Below are positions 31,017 through 41,444 of a DNA stretch of 64,000 nt, piece by piece. Below the pieces are notes generated by a model. The model was not told the origin of the DNA and did not search any database. It saw nothing but the letters and a program-made list of their open reading frames with translations. This stretch comes from Shigella phage TB004, in sequence record MW822011; one strand, written 5' to 3'. Position 1 is the stretch's first letter. Each line of letters opens with the position of its first letter. The position numbers were made by a program, and so were the translations under genes.

Positions 31017-32110
31017 TAAAAAGTCCCCGCATATAAAGAAGCACGGTTTAACGTGATAATTTCTCTCATAGTAATCTCAAGAGTAAATGTACTAGGGAGG
31101 TTTGGAGCAATAGCTAATCCATTAAAGTTACCATTAGGTGTTTTATCAAATCTGATGCTCTGTATTTGACATGGGCCAAATATTTCCGTTTTTCCATCAA
31201 ACTTAGATGTTGCACCAAAGTTTTTCACCATCCAAACTGTCGGGTTTGAAACTACTAGAACGTTAGTTAAACTCGATGTCATTTTCTCAAATAGTGTTTT
31301 ATTTTTAGCTGCGTCTTCCGGAGATAAAGGTTCAATTAACGTAGAACGATACCAATCATCTAAATACCCCTTTATTTCAGCAGCATATTGAGATTTGCCA
31401 GTTTCACCATAAGAAAAATAGTTAAAATATTGATAGATATTGATAATAGCCATCAAATCTTCTGTTGAACGTGGAGTCAAATCCCATGTAAACACTTTAG
31501 TTCTATTCTCAGCACCGCCATACATACTTCTGGCTGTCGTATAAATCTGTTCATTATTATCAGCCATTATACCTTGCGTTATACTTTCCAGTGCCCCAAA
31601 TACTGCAGTTGAAGCAATATTACTTAGCACGCCAGTAGCAGTACCTCCGCCTCTACTGATAAGACTTTCTTGAACATCATTAAATCTATGTGATGATGTA
31701 TCAACATCAGATTTAGATCTCGGTAAAAGAATATTTGCGACAGGAGCTTTACTTATTGTTCCTGAATTATTGTTTGATATTAATCCATTTGATAGTTTTG
31801 ATACTGTACTACTAATAGTGTTTCTAGCTGTACTTAAAATACTCGAAGATGAAGAAGAGTAGTTAGATCTCATCGATCTAAGACTTCCAGAATCCCTAGA
31901 TGACATATTGTATGCAGTAAATAATAATCCATTCTTATATAGATCTGTTACCTGGAAGTCCCCTGTAGTGTCATTACCACTAGCACGCCCAGTTGGAAAC
32001 TGGGCAGTGTATGTTTTAGTTGCTACTTCTGATTTAGTACTCTGTCCGGCTGAAATTTTCTCACCGGACTTTTTAATTAAATCAGCAGTTATTTCTTTAA
32101 CAATTGCCAT
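31016..32110 (-). CDS. 48: Baseplate tail tube cap gp48
   Basis: 364 aa, between genes 29 and 54; size matches T4 gp48. Confidence 0.85.
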   Translation of the reverse strand: MAIVKEITADLIKKSGEKISAGQSTKSEVATKTYTAQFPTGRASGNDTTGDFQVTDLYKNGLLFTAYNMSSRDSGSLRSMRSNYSSSSSSILSTARNTISSTVSKLSNGLISNNNSGTISKAPVANILLPRSKSDVDTSSHRFNDVQESLISRGGGTATGVLSNIASTAVFGALESITQGIMADNNEQIYTTARSMYGGAENRTKVFTWDLTPRSTEDLMAIINIYQYFNYFSYGETGKSQYAAEIKGYLDDWYRSTLIEPLSPEDAAKNKTLFEKMTSSLTNVLVVSNPTVWMVKNFGATSKFDGKTEIFGPCQIQSIRFDKTPNGNFNGLAIAPNLPSTFTLEITMREIITLNRASLYAGTF

Positions 32111-32118
32111 ATTATTCC

Positions 32119-33891
32119 TTAATTAACTCCAGTCGCATCAAATACACCAGGAGCAGTCGTGCTCGTTACGGGTGTCATGTTATGAACGACAGTATTTTTC
32201 TTAACAACGTTATTAGTATTATTGATCGAAGGAGATGCTTGTTGAACAGGAGCTTGCTGTGCTTTGTTCTTTTCTATTACCTGGACTTGTTTTGCTTCTG
32301 GCGATTTAGCAGAAGTTTGAGGTTTGGCATTAGGCTGATTTTTCTTGAGCTCTTGATAAGTAGCATCAATTTTAGAAAATCTAGCAGCAAGTTCTTTTTT
32401 AACTGCCGGTGAATTATTTAAATCCGGGTCATCCATCCGTTTTTTAAGGTCTTCATAGGCAGCTTCAACTGATTTAACTGTCGAGTCTTTACTCATATCA
32501 GCTGAATCAGCATATTTTTCAAAACGAATCATCGCGGCCCGAGCTTCATTAGCCTTCATTAAAGCATTTTTTCTTTCTTCTGGTGAAAGTTGCTTTAATT
32601 TTTCTTCTTCTGCTGCGCGTTCTTCGTCGGTAGTTAGTGCTTCTTTATTATCAACGCCACGAATCCAGTTAGATGCACGAGTTTTCCAATTAGCAATTTT
32701 ATCTAATCCTTTTGCTATCGGACCAAGGTCTCCGTTCATTCGTTTATCTTGATAATTTGCAACTTTTTCCTGGTCTTCTTTATTGAGAGATGCTCCAGTA
32801 GAATTTTGGAAATTTTCTAGTGCTCTTCCTTCTACTTCATCAGCAGTATCCTTCATACCAGGAATGACTCGAAGAATTGCCGCAGATAATTTAGCCATAC
32901 CTAATTGAATAAGTTCACCTAAATTGTAAAGAACCTTTCCAAGCCCTTCTACAATAGCTACCGTCAAACCGCCCCAATCTCCCTCTTCCCAGAATTTTTT
33001 AATTTCATCAATAGAACTAAAGATGCTCTGTAATAAAGGACCCCATGTTCCAGTTTCGCTAGAGAATTTAGTAAAGTTTGAACTAAACAAATCCCAAGCC
33101 TGCGAAAATTTATCTGACCAATATTTAAAGTGAACCATCAGCAGATCTATTCCAACAACAACAGCCAATATCATTGCAGTCATTTTAGCAGCTTCAATAG
33201 CAGCACTGACAGTATACTTAAATAGCATGCTTGATATTTTATCAGTAATTGAAATGGATTTCTTAAATCCAAAATCAACAGTCTTCGTTAATTTATCTAA
33301 AGCTTGAGATAATTTTAAGTTAAATGCGTCTTTTTTCTGTTTTTCTTCTGGTGATTCTTGTTTGGGTTCAACTGGCTGAGGGGTAGGGAAAAAATCAGCA
33401 TCAGGATCATTATTAACTGCTTCAGGAGCTGGTAATAAAGGACCCACAGATTCAGCTGTATCGTCCTCAACAACTTTAACAGGAATAGCGCTTTCAACCG
33501 TGGCTAAACTAGTTCCTGTTTGTTGAATTCCGGCTGTCTGAATTTTTTGCTCTAGTAAACTTGTTAATTTATCTAATTTGCTCCCGAGCGATTCACCGAT
33601 TTCTTTATTAATATTATTGCCAATTTCAACAGTTTCAGCAATTAACTCAGAACCAGCAGTAGTATCACTCACTGCGCTTTCTACATTGTCAATTGCTCCA
33701 ATTATTTCATTCGATTTTTCTTCGACAGTTTGAGCAATTAATTCAGAAGCAGCTTGAGCATCATCCAATTTCGTAGATATATCGTTAAGTCCAGATAAAG
33801 TGTTGGAAGCGGATTTAGCCGCTTCCTGTGTTGGTTTATTATCTGAAATAACTTTTCTACGCATCGTTTGCATTTCTTGTGGCTTTTTCAT
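32119..33891 (-). CDS. 29: Tail length tape-measure / baseplate hub protein gp29
   Basis: 590 aa, [35 protein letters not shown]...; size and sequence match T4 gp29. Confidence 0.9.
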   Translation of the reverse strand: MKKPQEMQTMRRKVISDNKPTQEAAKSASNTLSGLNDISTKLDDAQAASELIAQTVEEKSNEIIGAIDNVESAVSDTTAGSELIAETVEIGNNINKEIGESLGSKLDKLTSLLEQKIQTAGIQQTGTSLATVESAIPVKVVEDDTAESVGPLLPAPEAVNNDPDADFFPTPQPVEPKQESPEEKQKKDAFNLKLSQALDKLTKTVDFGFKKSISITDKISSMLFKYTVSAAIEAAKMTAMILAVVVGIDLLMVHFKYWSDKFSQAWDLFSSNFTKFSSETGTWGPLLQSIFSSIDEIKKFWEEGDWGGLTVAIVEGLGKVLYNLGELIQLGMAKLSAAILRVIPGMKDTADEVEGRALENFQNSTGASLNKEDQEKVANYQDKRMNGDLGPIAKGLDKIANWKTRASNWIRGVDNKEALTTDEERAAEEEKLKQLSPEERKNALMKANEARAAMIRFEKYADSADMSKDSTVKSVEAAYEDLKKRMDDPDLNNSPAVKKELAARFSKIDATYQELKKNQPNAKPQTSAKSPEAKQVQVIEKNKAQQAPVQQASPSINNTNNVVKKNTVVHNMTPVTSTTAPGVFDATGVN

Positions 33892-34421
33892 TCAAATAAT
33901 CCAATAATATTGCCAATTCCGGTTATTGGACCATTAGGGCCAGGAATTGCTAAAGTTGTAAAAATATCATTTGCCCATTTTAAAACGAATGCTGGCATCT
34001 CAAGAAAATTAATTTCTTTAACTTCATCATTGACCTTAAGCAAGCATTTGGATAACATATCGCTCACAGTTAAAAACTGTTCAAATTTTCCAGGCGGTCT
34101 AAAATAAAATGTATTTCCTTGGTATTGAAATTCTAATCTTTGGCATACATAAACATCATTAATGTCATAAGTATAACCATCTATTTCTTTACGAGATTTA
34201 ATCTTTCCATTAAATTCCAATAAATGAATAGAAACGAAATCAACTTCTGCCGGTGATAAATTCGGACAAATAGAATCGATAAGAAGTTTTAAATTTTCAT
34301 CAGGACCTTTAACATCCTTTAAAATGTTATAATGTTTAAGACCCATTTTAGGAATAGAAACTTCTTTATTGCTTATTGGAAGAACTACTTTCTTCAGTGG
34401 TAGTATCAGATTTAAATTCAT
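33888..34421 (-). CDS. 28: Baseplate hub distal subunit gp28
   Basis: 177 aa between genes 27 and 29. Confidence 0.85.
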   Translation of the reverse strand: MNLNLILPLKKVVLPISNKEVSIPKMGLKHYNILKDVKGPDENLKLLIDSICPNLSPAEVDFVSIHLLEFNGKIKSRKEIDGYTYDINDVYVCQRLEFQYQGNTFYFRPPGKFEQFLTVSDMLSKCLLKVNDEVKEINFLEMPAFVLKWANDIFTTLAIPGPNGPITGIGNIIGLFE

Positions 34422-35541
34422 TTTTAACCTTAACTGGGTCTATTGTTTCCAGTTTCGTTGCATTAGTGAACATATATAGATGAGTTACTGAATTATTATT
34501 TGATAATTCATGGATAACTTCATCAACGTAAAATTCTGTTTTAAATTGGTTTTTACTATCATTAAAAATAATTTTAACGCCAGGGGTTAAGTTAAAATTA
34601 CCGACAGTAGAACATTTAGCATAGCCATCATATTGTGCCATAGTTTGAAGACGAATAGCTTCTTCATACCCGTTCCTATAAGTCATTTCAGAATAAGCAC
34701 CTGATCTTGACACTACAATAGAGTTTTCTCCCTTTCCTGTAGTAATCATTGGCAATGAAGAATCTAAAAATGAATGCGCATAGATAGTAGCGTTTTTCAT
34801 TGGGTCACGTTTGTGAGGATTCGATTTAGTCAACCAAACGAAATCATATGCTAATGGATATTTTAATTCTTGGATGAATTGACCTATTAAAGATGGCTCA
34901 CCGACAATCATTGGATATGGTTCTTGATTTATCATCATATCATAGTCCATCATGTTAACTCCCATGATGTCTTGCCACACAAACACAAATTTGTCACTTC
35001 CTACAGCTAGAGCAACTTCTCTAACATACGATAAATAGTTTTCAAATGTACTAGTCCACGGAATATCAGGAACATAAGCATTTATAGCATTTATTGCTGG
35101 AGTTAATAATGTGCGATCTTGATAAATGACGCCAAGCATTTCCTTTATAGATTCACCTGCATCAGGGAAAAACGGTCTGCCAAATTTAAGATTTTCTATG
35201 GAATGAATAGTTCCCAATTCAATAGCAATGATGTTATCACCCTTTGAATCTACTGACACGGAAAAATGCTTACATCCATAAATTCTTGTTTTAACATTAT
35301 TAATATCGTTTGCATTAGCTACAGAAATCTGAATTATTTCATTTCCATCCATTTTTGTATGGATGTTTTTAGAATCATAAAACTGCAGCATTCCTTCATT
35401 TCGGCCATAAAGAGAATCCCGCATAGTTAATGTGGTAATAGTAGCAGCTAATTCAACAAATCTATTATTACTCCAAGCGTCGTAACTATCAAACAATTTA
35501 ACGCTGAGATTTGGATATCCTGGGCGTTGCAACATACTCAT
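34366..35541 (-). CDS. 27: Baseplate hub subunit gp27
   Basis: 391 aa, [50 protein letters not shown]...; matches T4 gp27. Confidence 0.9.
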   Translation of the reverse strand: MSMLQRPGYPNLSVKLFDSYDAWSNNRFVELAATITTLTMRDSLYGRNEGMLQFYDSKNIHTKMDGNEIIQISVANANDINNVKTRIYGCKHFSVSVDSKGDNIIAIELGTIHSIENLKFGRPFFPDAGESIKEMLGVIYQDRTLLTPAINAINAYVPDIPWTSTFENYLSYVREVALAVGSDKFVFVWQDIMGVNMMDYDMMINQEPYPMIVGEPSLIGQFIQELKYPLAYDFVWLTKSNPHKRDPMKNATIYAHSFLDSSLPMITTGKGENSIVVSRSGAYSEMTYRNGYEEAIRLQTMAQYDGYAKCSTVGNFNLTPGVKIIFNDSKNQFKTEFYVDEVIHELSNNNSVTHLYMFTNATKLETIDPVKVKNEFKSDTTTEESSSSNKQ

Positions 35542-36290
35542 TATTGTTTATCCTTCTCAATCAGTTTTAATACGAATCCGCGCTCGGCAGGAATCATTTT
35601 CATTATTGAATTTAAGCTATAATTACTTTTTACAAGTGTGTGGTTAATTTGATAAAAAGTAAATATTTCATCTGGGTTAACTAATAGCTTAAACACATCT
35701 ACTATATCAGTGTATTTTTTTACATACTTATTACAACATGACATATGCAATGTTAAATTAATAGGATTCATTGCATCGAGAATTTTTTCTAATGTTTCTA
35801 TCTCGATGGCATCAACAAGTTCTATTTGACTCGATTCGCTAATTTCCTTCCAATCATACCATGTTTCATCTACTTGAACAGAATGAATATTTTCAGTAAT
35901 CATCTTTGCTTTATTTTCATAAAACTCAGAAGGAAACTTTAATTTAATTTTAACATTAGCTACATCAAAAACAGGTTCCTTTAATTCTTTTTGATATATT
36001 TCAAATGGAACTGTCTTTTCTTTTTTACATTTTGGACATACAAATGTGACCGGTACTTTAGTTTTACCTATTGACCCTACAAATACCTGCAAAAATATAA
36101 ATGGTTGCCAAGTCTTCGGATAGTCTCCAAAATAATCAGCAATTAAATCAGCAATTATTTCTTTTTGTTCTTGTGGTGACCGATGTTCTATATCGTTTCG
36201 AACTAACAAAAAATCTCGATAATCTTCTACCGTAAATGGTTTAAAACGATGAACACCATCTGGTAATTTACAACGAATAATGTTTGCCAT
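35541..36290 (-). CDS. 51: Baseplate hub assembly catalyst gp51
   Basis: 249 aa, first gene of the minus-strand hub block, divergent from gene 26. Confidence 0.85.
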   Translation of the reverse strand: MANIIRCKLPDGVHRFKPFTVEDYRDFLLVRNDIEHRSPQEQKEIIADLIADYFGDYPKTWQPFIFLQVFVGSIGKTKVPVTFVCPKCKKEKTVPFEIYQKELKEPVFDVANVKIKLKFPSEFYENKAKMITENIHSVQVDETWYDWKEISESSQIELVDAIEIETLEKILDAMNPINLTLHMSCCNKYVKKYTDIVDVFKLLVNPDEIFTFYQINHTLVKSNYSLNSIMKMIPAERGFVLKLIEKDKQ

Positions 36291-36307
36291 AGATGCTCCT
36301 TTTATTC

Positions 36308-36319
36308 TATTTATAAATA
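36308..36319. promoter_or_regulatory. Back-to-back late promoters (TATTTATAAATA) serving gene 51 (-) and gene 26 (+)
   Basis: Overlapping TATAAATA on both strands in the 50-bp divergent 51/26 intergenic region. Confidence 0.6.
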
Positions 36320-36340
36320 TGATAAATAAAGGAGCTAAAT

Positions 36341-36967
36341 ATGTATGAATATAAATTTGATGTGAGAGTTGGTTCTAAAATAATCAACTGTCGCGCATTT
36401 ACTCTTAAAGAATATCTAGAACTTATTACTGCTAAAAAGAACGGTTCAGTAGAAGAGATCGTTAAAAAGCTAATTAAAGACTGTACAAATGCAAAAGATT
36501 TAAACCGCCAAGAATCAGAACTACTGCTGATTCATTTATGGGCGCATTCTCTTGGAGAAGTTAATCACGAAAACTCCTGGAAGTGCACCTGTGGAACTGA
36601 AATACCAACCCATATAAATCTATTACATACACAAATAGATGCACCAGAAGACCTCTGGTATACACTGGGCGACATTAAAATTAAGTTCCATTACCCTAAA
36701 ATTTTTGATGATAAAAATATAGCTCACATGATAGTATCATGTATAGAAACGATTCATGCTAACGGTGAAAGCATTCCAATTGAAGACTTGAATGAAAAAG
36801 AGTTGGAAGATTTATATTCTATCATCACAGAGTCAGATATTGTAGCTATAAAAGATATGCTTTTAAAGCCTACTGTTTATTTGGCTGTTCCAATTAAATG
36901 TCCAGAGTGTGGAAAATCTCACGCTCATGTAATAAGAGGACTCAAAGAATTCTTTGAGCTATTGTAA
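36341..36967 (+). CDS. 26: Baseplate hub subunit gp26
   Basis: 208 aa, [35 protein letters not shown]...; size and position as in T4. Confidence 0.85.
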   Translation: MYEYKFDVRVGSKIINCRAFTLKEYLELITAKKNGSVEEIVKKLIKDCTNAKDLNRQESELLLIHLWAHSLGEVNHENSWKCTCGTEIPTHINLLHTQIDAPEDLWYTLGDIKIKFHYPKIFDDKNIAHMIVSCIETIHANGESIPIEDLNEKELEDLYSIITESDIVAIKDMLLKPTVYLAVPIKCPECGKSHAHVIRGLKEFFELL

Positions 36968-37365
36968 TGGCAAATATTAATAAGCTTTATTCTGACATTG
37001 ACCCAGAAATGAAAATGGATTGGGACAAAGATGTTTCTAGATCTCTTGGATTAAGGTCAATTAAAAATAGCCTTTTGGGAATTATTACAACCAGAAAAGG
37101 GTCGAGACCATTTGACCCGGAATTTGGATGTGATTTATCTGATCAGCTTTTTGAGAATATGACTCCTCTTACTGCTGATACTGTTGAGCGTAACATTGAA
37201 AGCGCAGTAAGAAACTACGAGCCACGTATTGATAAATTAGCAGTTAATGTAATACCAGTTTATGATGATTATACTCTGATAGTAGAAATACGCTTTTCGG
37301 TCATCGATAACCCTGATGATATTGAGCAGATAAAACTACAACTGGCTTCCAGTAACAGAGTATAA
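36967..37365 (+). CDS. 25: Baseplate wedge subunit gp25
   Basis: 132 aa, [54 protein letters not shown]...; matches T4 gp25. Confidence 0.9.
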   Translation: MANINKLYSDIDPEMKMDWDKDVSRSLGLRSIKNSLLGIITTRKGSRPFDPEFGCDLSDQLFENMTPLTADTVERNIESAVRNYEPRIDKLAVNVIPVYDDYTLIVEIRFSVIDNPDDIEQIKLQLASSNRV

Positions 37366-37391
37366 TGCTTCACGTATAAACGTGGTATAAT
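37364..37391 (+). promoter_or_regulatory. MotA-dependent middle promoter of uvsY (part of the region known as origin F in T4)
   Basis: MotA box AATGCTTCA, about 13 nt, then TATAAT; ~40 nt upstream of the uvsY ATG. Confidence 0.65.
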
Positions 37392-37431
37392 GAATCTAAG
37401 TCCATCCAATAACAATTGAATAGAGAACAAT

Positions 37432-37845
37432 ATGAGATTAGAAGATCTTCAAGAAGAATTGAAGAAAGATGTGTTTATAGATTCGACTAAATTACAGTAT
37501 GAAGCAGCTAATAATGTGATGTTATATAGTAAATGGCTCAATAAGCATTCAAGTATTAAAAAGGAAATGCTTAGAATTGAAGCGCAGAAAAAAGTTGCTC
37601 TTAAAGCTAAATTAGACTACTACTCGGGACGAGGAGATGGTGATGAATTTAGTATGGACCGTTATGAGAAATCAGAAATGAAGACAGTTCTATCAGCTGA
37701 TAAGGATGTTTTAAAGGTTGATACCTCGTTACAGTATTGGGGGATTTTATTAGATTTCTGTAGCGGAGCTCTTGATGCTATTAAATCACGTGGATTTGCT
37801 ATTAAGCATATTCAAGACATGCGAGCATTTGAGGCTGGAAAATAA
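37432..37845 (+). CDS. uvsY: Recombination mediator UvsY
   Basis: 137 aa, MRLEDLQEELKKDVFIDSTKLQYEAANNVMLYSKWLNKHSSIKKEMLRIEAQ...; matches T4 UvsY. Confidence 0.93.
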   Translation: MRLEDLQEELKKDVFIDSTKLQYEAANNVMLYSKWLNKHSSIKKEMLRIEAQKKVALKAKLDYYSGRGDGDEFSMDRYEKSEMKTVLSADKDVLKVDTSLQYWGILLDFCSGALDAIKSRGFAIKHIQDMRAFEAGK

Positions 37846-38069
37846 TGAAATATAGCATTGATGATGCTTTTAATTATGAAGAAGAATTTGAAATGGAAAT
37901 TCAATTCTTAATGAAAAAGTATAATCTCAAGCGTCAGGATATTCGTATCCTGGCCGACCACCCATGCGGTGAAGATGTACTTTATATTAAAGGAAAATTT
38001 GCCGGATATCTTGATGAATATTTTTATTCCAAAGATATGGGTATTGATATGCATATGAGAGTTATATAA
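37845..38069 (+). CDS. Hypothetical protein (74 aa) downstream of uvsY
   Basis: Start overlaps the uvsY stop. Confidence 0.6.
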   Translation: MKYSIDDAFNYEEEFEMEIQFLMKKYNLKRQDIRILADHPCGEDVLYIKGKFAGYLDEYFYSKDMGIDMHMRVI

Positions 38070-38097
38070 ATAGATATATAATTTAGAGGAGACAATC

Positions 38098-38265
38098 ATG
38101 TCAGATAAGATTTGTGTTGTCTGTAAAACTCCAATCGATTCTGCATTGGTTGTTGAAACAGACAAAGGTCCTGTACATCCTGGGCCTTGCTATAATTACA
38201 TCAAAGAACTACCAGTTTCAGAAAGTTCGGAAGAACAATTAAATGAAACACAACTTTTGCTATAG
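38098..38265 (+). CDS. Hypothetical small Cys-containing protein (55 aa), possible zinc ribbon
   Basis: MSDKICVVCKTPIDSALVVETDKGPVHPGPCYNY...; GAGGAGA SD; TATAAATA at 38065-38072 upstream; below the track length cutoff. Confidence 0.5.
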   Translation: MSDKICVVCKTPIDSALVVETDKGPVHPGPCYNYIKELPVSESSEEQLNETQLLL

Positions 38266-38320
38266 TGTGACCTTTAGTCTATAGTTTTGGCCCTTCCTTT
38301 TTGGTTGGGCCTTTTTTAAT

Positions 38321-38551
38321 TTAAAAGCTTTCTTCTACTTCATCGTCTGAATCTTCTAATTCAGCTCTTTTTCCTGCCAAAGCATCTCTCACAGAGATGT
38401 CATCAGTATCTTTTAATTCAGTTTCTTTAACTCTTTTCTTGTAATAAGCTTCAAGTTCTTCTAGACCTTCTAATGTTTGACAAGAGGCAATTTTACCCAT
38501 AAATTCATCAATAGAAGCTTCATAAAGAAATTGTTTAAATTCTAGTAACAT
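38321..38551 (-). CDS. Small protein downstream of uvsW (UvsW.1-like, 76 aa)
   Basis: ATG at 38551 gives MLLEFKQFLYEASIDEFMGKIASCQ...; track ORF extends to a TTG at 38563. Confidence 0.6.
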   Translation of the reverse strand: MLLEFKQFLYEASIDEFMGKIASCQTLEGLEELEAYYKKRVKETELKDTDDISVRDALAGKRAELEDSDDEVEESF

Positions 38552-38576
38552 CTTTTTCTCCAAAGGGCCGGAGCCC

Positions 38577-40085
38577 TTATAAATTAACTGTTTTCATTAC
38601 GTAATTAAATTTTTCATCTGCGTAGCGCTGAATACGATCAATGCCGTGTTTTAAAAGATAGTTCAAATGAACGTATTTCTTTTTCGTATTAGCAGATTTT
38701 GGTCTAACGCCCGCGTCATCTATGAGGTCCCAGACCGTTGCGATTGTTTTAGAACCATGCTTACGTAATACACGACCTATTGTTTGCAATACAATAATTT
38801 TAGATTTAACACCGTGTGCTAAAACAACGTGATGCAGATTTTTAACTGAAATACCAGTAGAAAATACACCATAACTAGCTACTATAATTATTCCTTTACC
38901 GTTTTCAGCTAAGGTTTTCATTACGTTGCGTGTTTCGGTATCAACTTCCCCTGATACGTAATAAACTTTATCGTATTCATTTTTAATTAAATCGAAAATA
39001 GCTTTACCGTGCGATACGTGTTTAAACATGACAAAAGCGTTTTCATCTTTTTGTGCAAGTTTAATAGCTAATTTAGCGATCCATTTATTTCTTTTACTGA
39101 GCCCAGTAATAATTTTTATTTCTTCTTGGTAAGTTTTTCCCTTTAATTTAGTAGTGAACTCATCGGGATAGCGAAGAAAAATACTATTAATTTTTAACTC
39201 AGTTACTTGTCCATCTTCCATTAATTTAGAAGTTGTTACTGGCTTAAATATTTCACCAAACATTCCAACATACTGCATGATATTAGCTTTGCCATCGCGC
39301 AATGAACCGGACAAACCGAATTTGAACATGCAGTTATTTAAACCTGATATGATAGATGAAATACTTTTTCCTGTAGCAAGATGACATTCATCATTCATCA
39401 TCATTCCAAACTGTGAGAACCATTCTTTTGGTTGTTTTACTACAGTTTGCCATGTACCAACAACGACCGGTGCATCATTTTTATATTTATCATCTTTTGA
39501 TGCTCCACCACCGATTTTCTTTATCATTGCATGACTAAATAAACGATAGTCAACAAAGTCATCAGCCATCTGAGTTGTCAGAGCAGTTGTTGGAACAATG
39601 ATAAGAATTTTACCTTCATAATTTTCCAAATAATAACGTGCAAGCAAAGCTTGAATTAAAGATTTACCTGCGGATGTTGGAAGATTAAGAATTCTACGAC
39701 GATTAACTAATCCTTCGAACACTGCATCTTTTTGATACCAATGCGGTTCAATTCTTTTATTTCCTGAATAGATTTCTAATTTAGAAAGCCATTCATCAAA
39801 ATCTTTTCTTGATAATTCTTCTTTTTCGTTAATCTGCGGGTCAATCCAGGCTTTATAGCCAAAGTTATCACAGAACTTTTTAATTTGCCCGACTAAGCCA
39901 AATGGAAGAAGGCGATTATAATCTAAAAGACGGATTCGTCCATCCCAGTTGCCATATCTGAAGCGAGGATTAAACCTATATCCATCGGCCTCAAACGAAA
40001 AGAAATCTCTTAATTCGTGGAACGTGCTCTCTTCACAATCGATGCGTACATGACTGAAGTCGTGAAAATGTACTTTAATATCCAT
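38577..40085 (-). CDS. uvsW: UvsW RNA-DNA and DNA-DNA helicase (SF2)
   Basis: 502 aa, MDIKVHFHDFSHVRIDCEESTFHELRDFFSFEADGYRFNPRFRYGNWDGRIRLL...; Walker A PTSAGKS and DECH box. Confidence 0.93.
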   Translation of the reverse strand: MDIKVHFHDFSHVRIDCEESTFHELRDFFSFEADGYRFNPRFRYGNWDGRIRLLDYNRLLPFGLVGQIKKFCDNFGYKAWIDPQINEKEELSRKDFDEWLSKLEIYSGNKRIEPHWYQKDAVFEGLVNRRRILNLPTSAGKSLIQALLARYYLENYEGKILIIVPTTALTTQMADDFVDYRLFSHAMIKKIGGGASKDDKYKNDAPVVVGTWQTVVKQPKEWFSQFGMMMNDECHLATGKSISSIISGLNNCMFKFGLSGSLRDGKANIMQYVGMFGEIFKPVTTSKLMEDGQVTELKINSIFLRYPDEFTTKLKGKTYQEEIKIITGLSKRNKWIAKLAIKLAQKDENAFVMFKHVSHGKAIFDLIKNEYDKVYYVSGEVDTETRNVMKTLAENGKGIIIVASYGVFSTGISVKNLHHVVLAHGVKSKIIVLQTIGRVLRKHGSKTIATVWDLIDDAGVRPKSANTKKKYVHLNYLLKHGIDRIQRYADEKFNYVMKTVNL

Positions 40086-40087
40086 AA

Positions 40088-40705
40088 TTATGCCTTACTA
40101 AATTTGCCTTTAGAGTCTCTTTTCATGAGACGACCTTTAATAAATCCGTCGGGAATAATACCGTCTGGTTGTATTAATTTATTTATTACGCCATTATTGA
40201 CCCAAAAAGTTCCTGTGGTAGTCGGTTTAACTTTACATCCTTTTCTAGACTTTCTATTAGGATGAACCATCCCTTTTACAAATCCTTCTGGAACAAGTTC
40301 TCCAGGTTTAATAAAAATATTTTTAGTTCCATTAGTGTAACAAGTTTTACCTAATACCGTGCCTGGTGAGTTTTCAAATCTTTTAGCGGAAGATTCTTTC
40401 ATCTTTGCTATAACCTCTGTAGTCATAACAATTCCACCAATTCCACCGGGTTTCATATTATAATAATTTTTGCTTTTTATTAGTTCAGGAGTTATAATTT
40501 CTTCTTCATACATGTACGCTTCTTCGGAAGTTTTAAACTCTTTTAGTATTTTTCTAGAGAAATTGTTTTCACCATATTTCTTTATAGCCTGCTGAATTGC
40601 CTTACCGGAACCAAGGTAACCATCATTCAAGTCGTCAGTAGAATGCTTTCCTATATACTTTTTACCGTTTATTAGATTTGTTGTTTCATATACAAAGTGG
40701 TACAT
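40088..40705 (-). CDS. segE: Free-standing GIY-YIG homing endonuclease SegE
   Basis: 205 aa, MYHFVYETTNLINGKKYIGKHS...; between uvsW and inh as in T4. Confidence 0.85.
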   Translation of the reverse strand: MYHFVYETTNLINGKKYIGKHSTDDLNDGYLGSGKAIQQAIKKYGENNFSRKILKEFKTSEEAYMYEEEIITPELIKSKNYYNMKPGGIGGIVMTTEVIAKMKESSAKRFENSPGTVLGKTCYTNGTKNIFIKPGELVPEGFVKGMVHPNRKSRKGCKVKPTTTGTFWVNNGVINKLIQPDGIIPDGFIKGRLMKRDSKGKFSKA

Positions 40706-40733
40706 ACTATTTTCCGAGTAATAAATATATCTA

Positions 40734-40741
40734 TATTTATA
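40734..40741 (-). promoter_or_regulatory. Late promoter (TATAAATA) upstream of segE
   Basis: + strand tatttata, ~29 nt upstream of the segE ATG on the minus strand. Confidence 0.5.
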
Positions 40742-40754
40742 CTGAGGAAATATT

Positions 40755-41435
40755 ATGATAGATAAAGATTATATTGCAGAGCTGAAGGCTCTTGATGATA
40801 ATAAAGAAGCTAAAGCTAAATTAGCTGAATATGCTGAACAGTTTGGTATAAAGGTCAAAAAGAATAAATCTTTTGATAATATCGTTGTTGATATTGAAGA
40901 AGCCCTCCAGAAGCTCGCTAGTGAACCTATGCCAGAGACTGATGGGTTATCTATTAAAGACTTAATCAATGCTGCTGATGCCGCAGAGGGATTAAAATAT
41001 GACGATGAAGAAGTCAATCCAGAAGCAGCACTTCTGATTGATTCTCCGGTTAAATCTGACATTAAAATTGAAGTAGTAGAAACGGATAAAATTCCCGAAA
41101 ATACCGATGTTTTGATTGAAGATACTCCTTTTGTTGAAGAAAAATTCGAGCAAGCTGTAGCTGAGATTATTGAATCTGAAAAGCCGTCTGTATTTACTCT
41201 TCCGGAAAACTTTAGTCCGAATCTTCAGCTGATTGGAAAAAATCCAGGATTCTGTACTGTTCCTTGGTGGATTTATCAGTGGATTGCTGAAACTCCGGAT
41301 TGGAAATCTCACCCAACTAGTTTTGAACATGCGTCGGCACACCAAACTTTATTTAGCTTAATTTATTACATTAATCGCGACGGATCAGTTCTAATTCGTG
41401 AAACACGCAATTCTTCTTTCGTAACATTAAAATAA
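40755..41435 (+). CDS. inh: Inh, inhibitor of the prohead protease (226 aa)
   Basis: Acidic ORF immediately upstream of hoc, as in T4; assignment rests on position and size. Confidence 0.6.
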   Translation: MIDKDYIAELKALDDNKEAKAKLAEYAEQFGIKVKKNKSFDNIVVDIEEALQKLASEPMPETDGLSIKDLINAADAAEGLKYDDEEVNPEAALLIDSPVKSDIKIEVVETDKIPENTDVLIEDTPFVEEKFEQAVAEIIESEKPSVFTLPENFSPNLQLIGKNPGFCTVPWWIYQWIAETPDWKSHPTSFEHASAHQTLFSLIYYINRDGSVLIRETRNSSFVTLK

Positions 41436-41444
41436 GGATAACTT

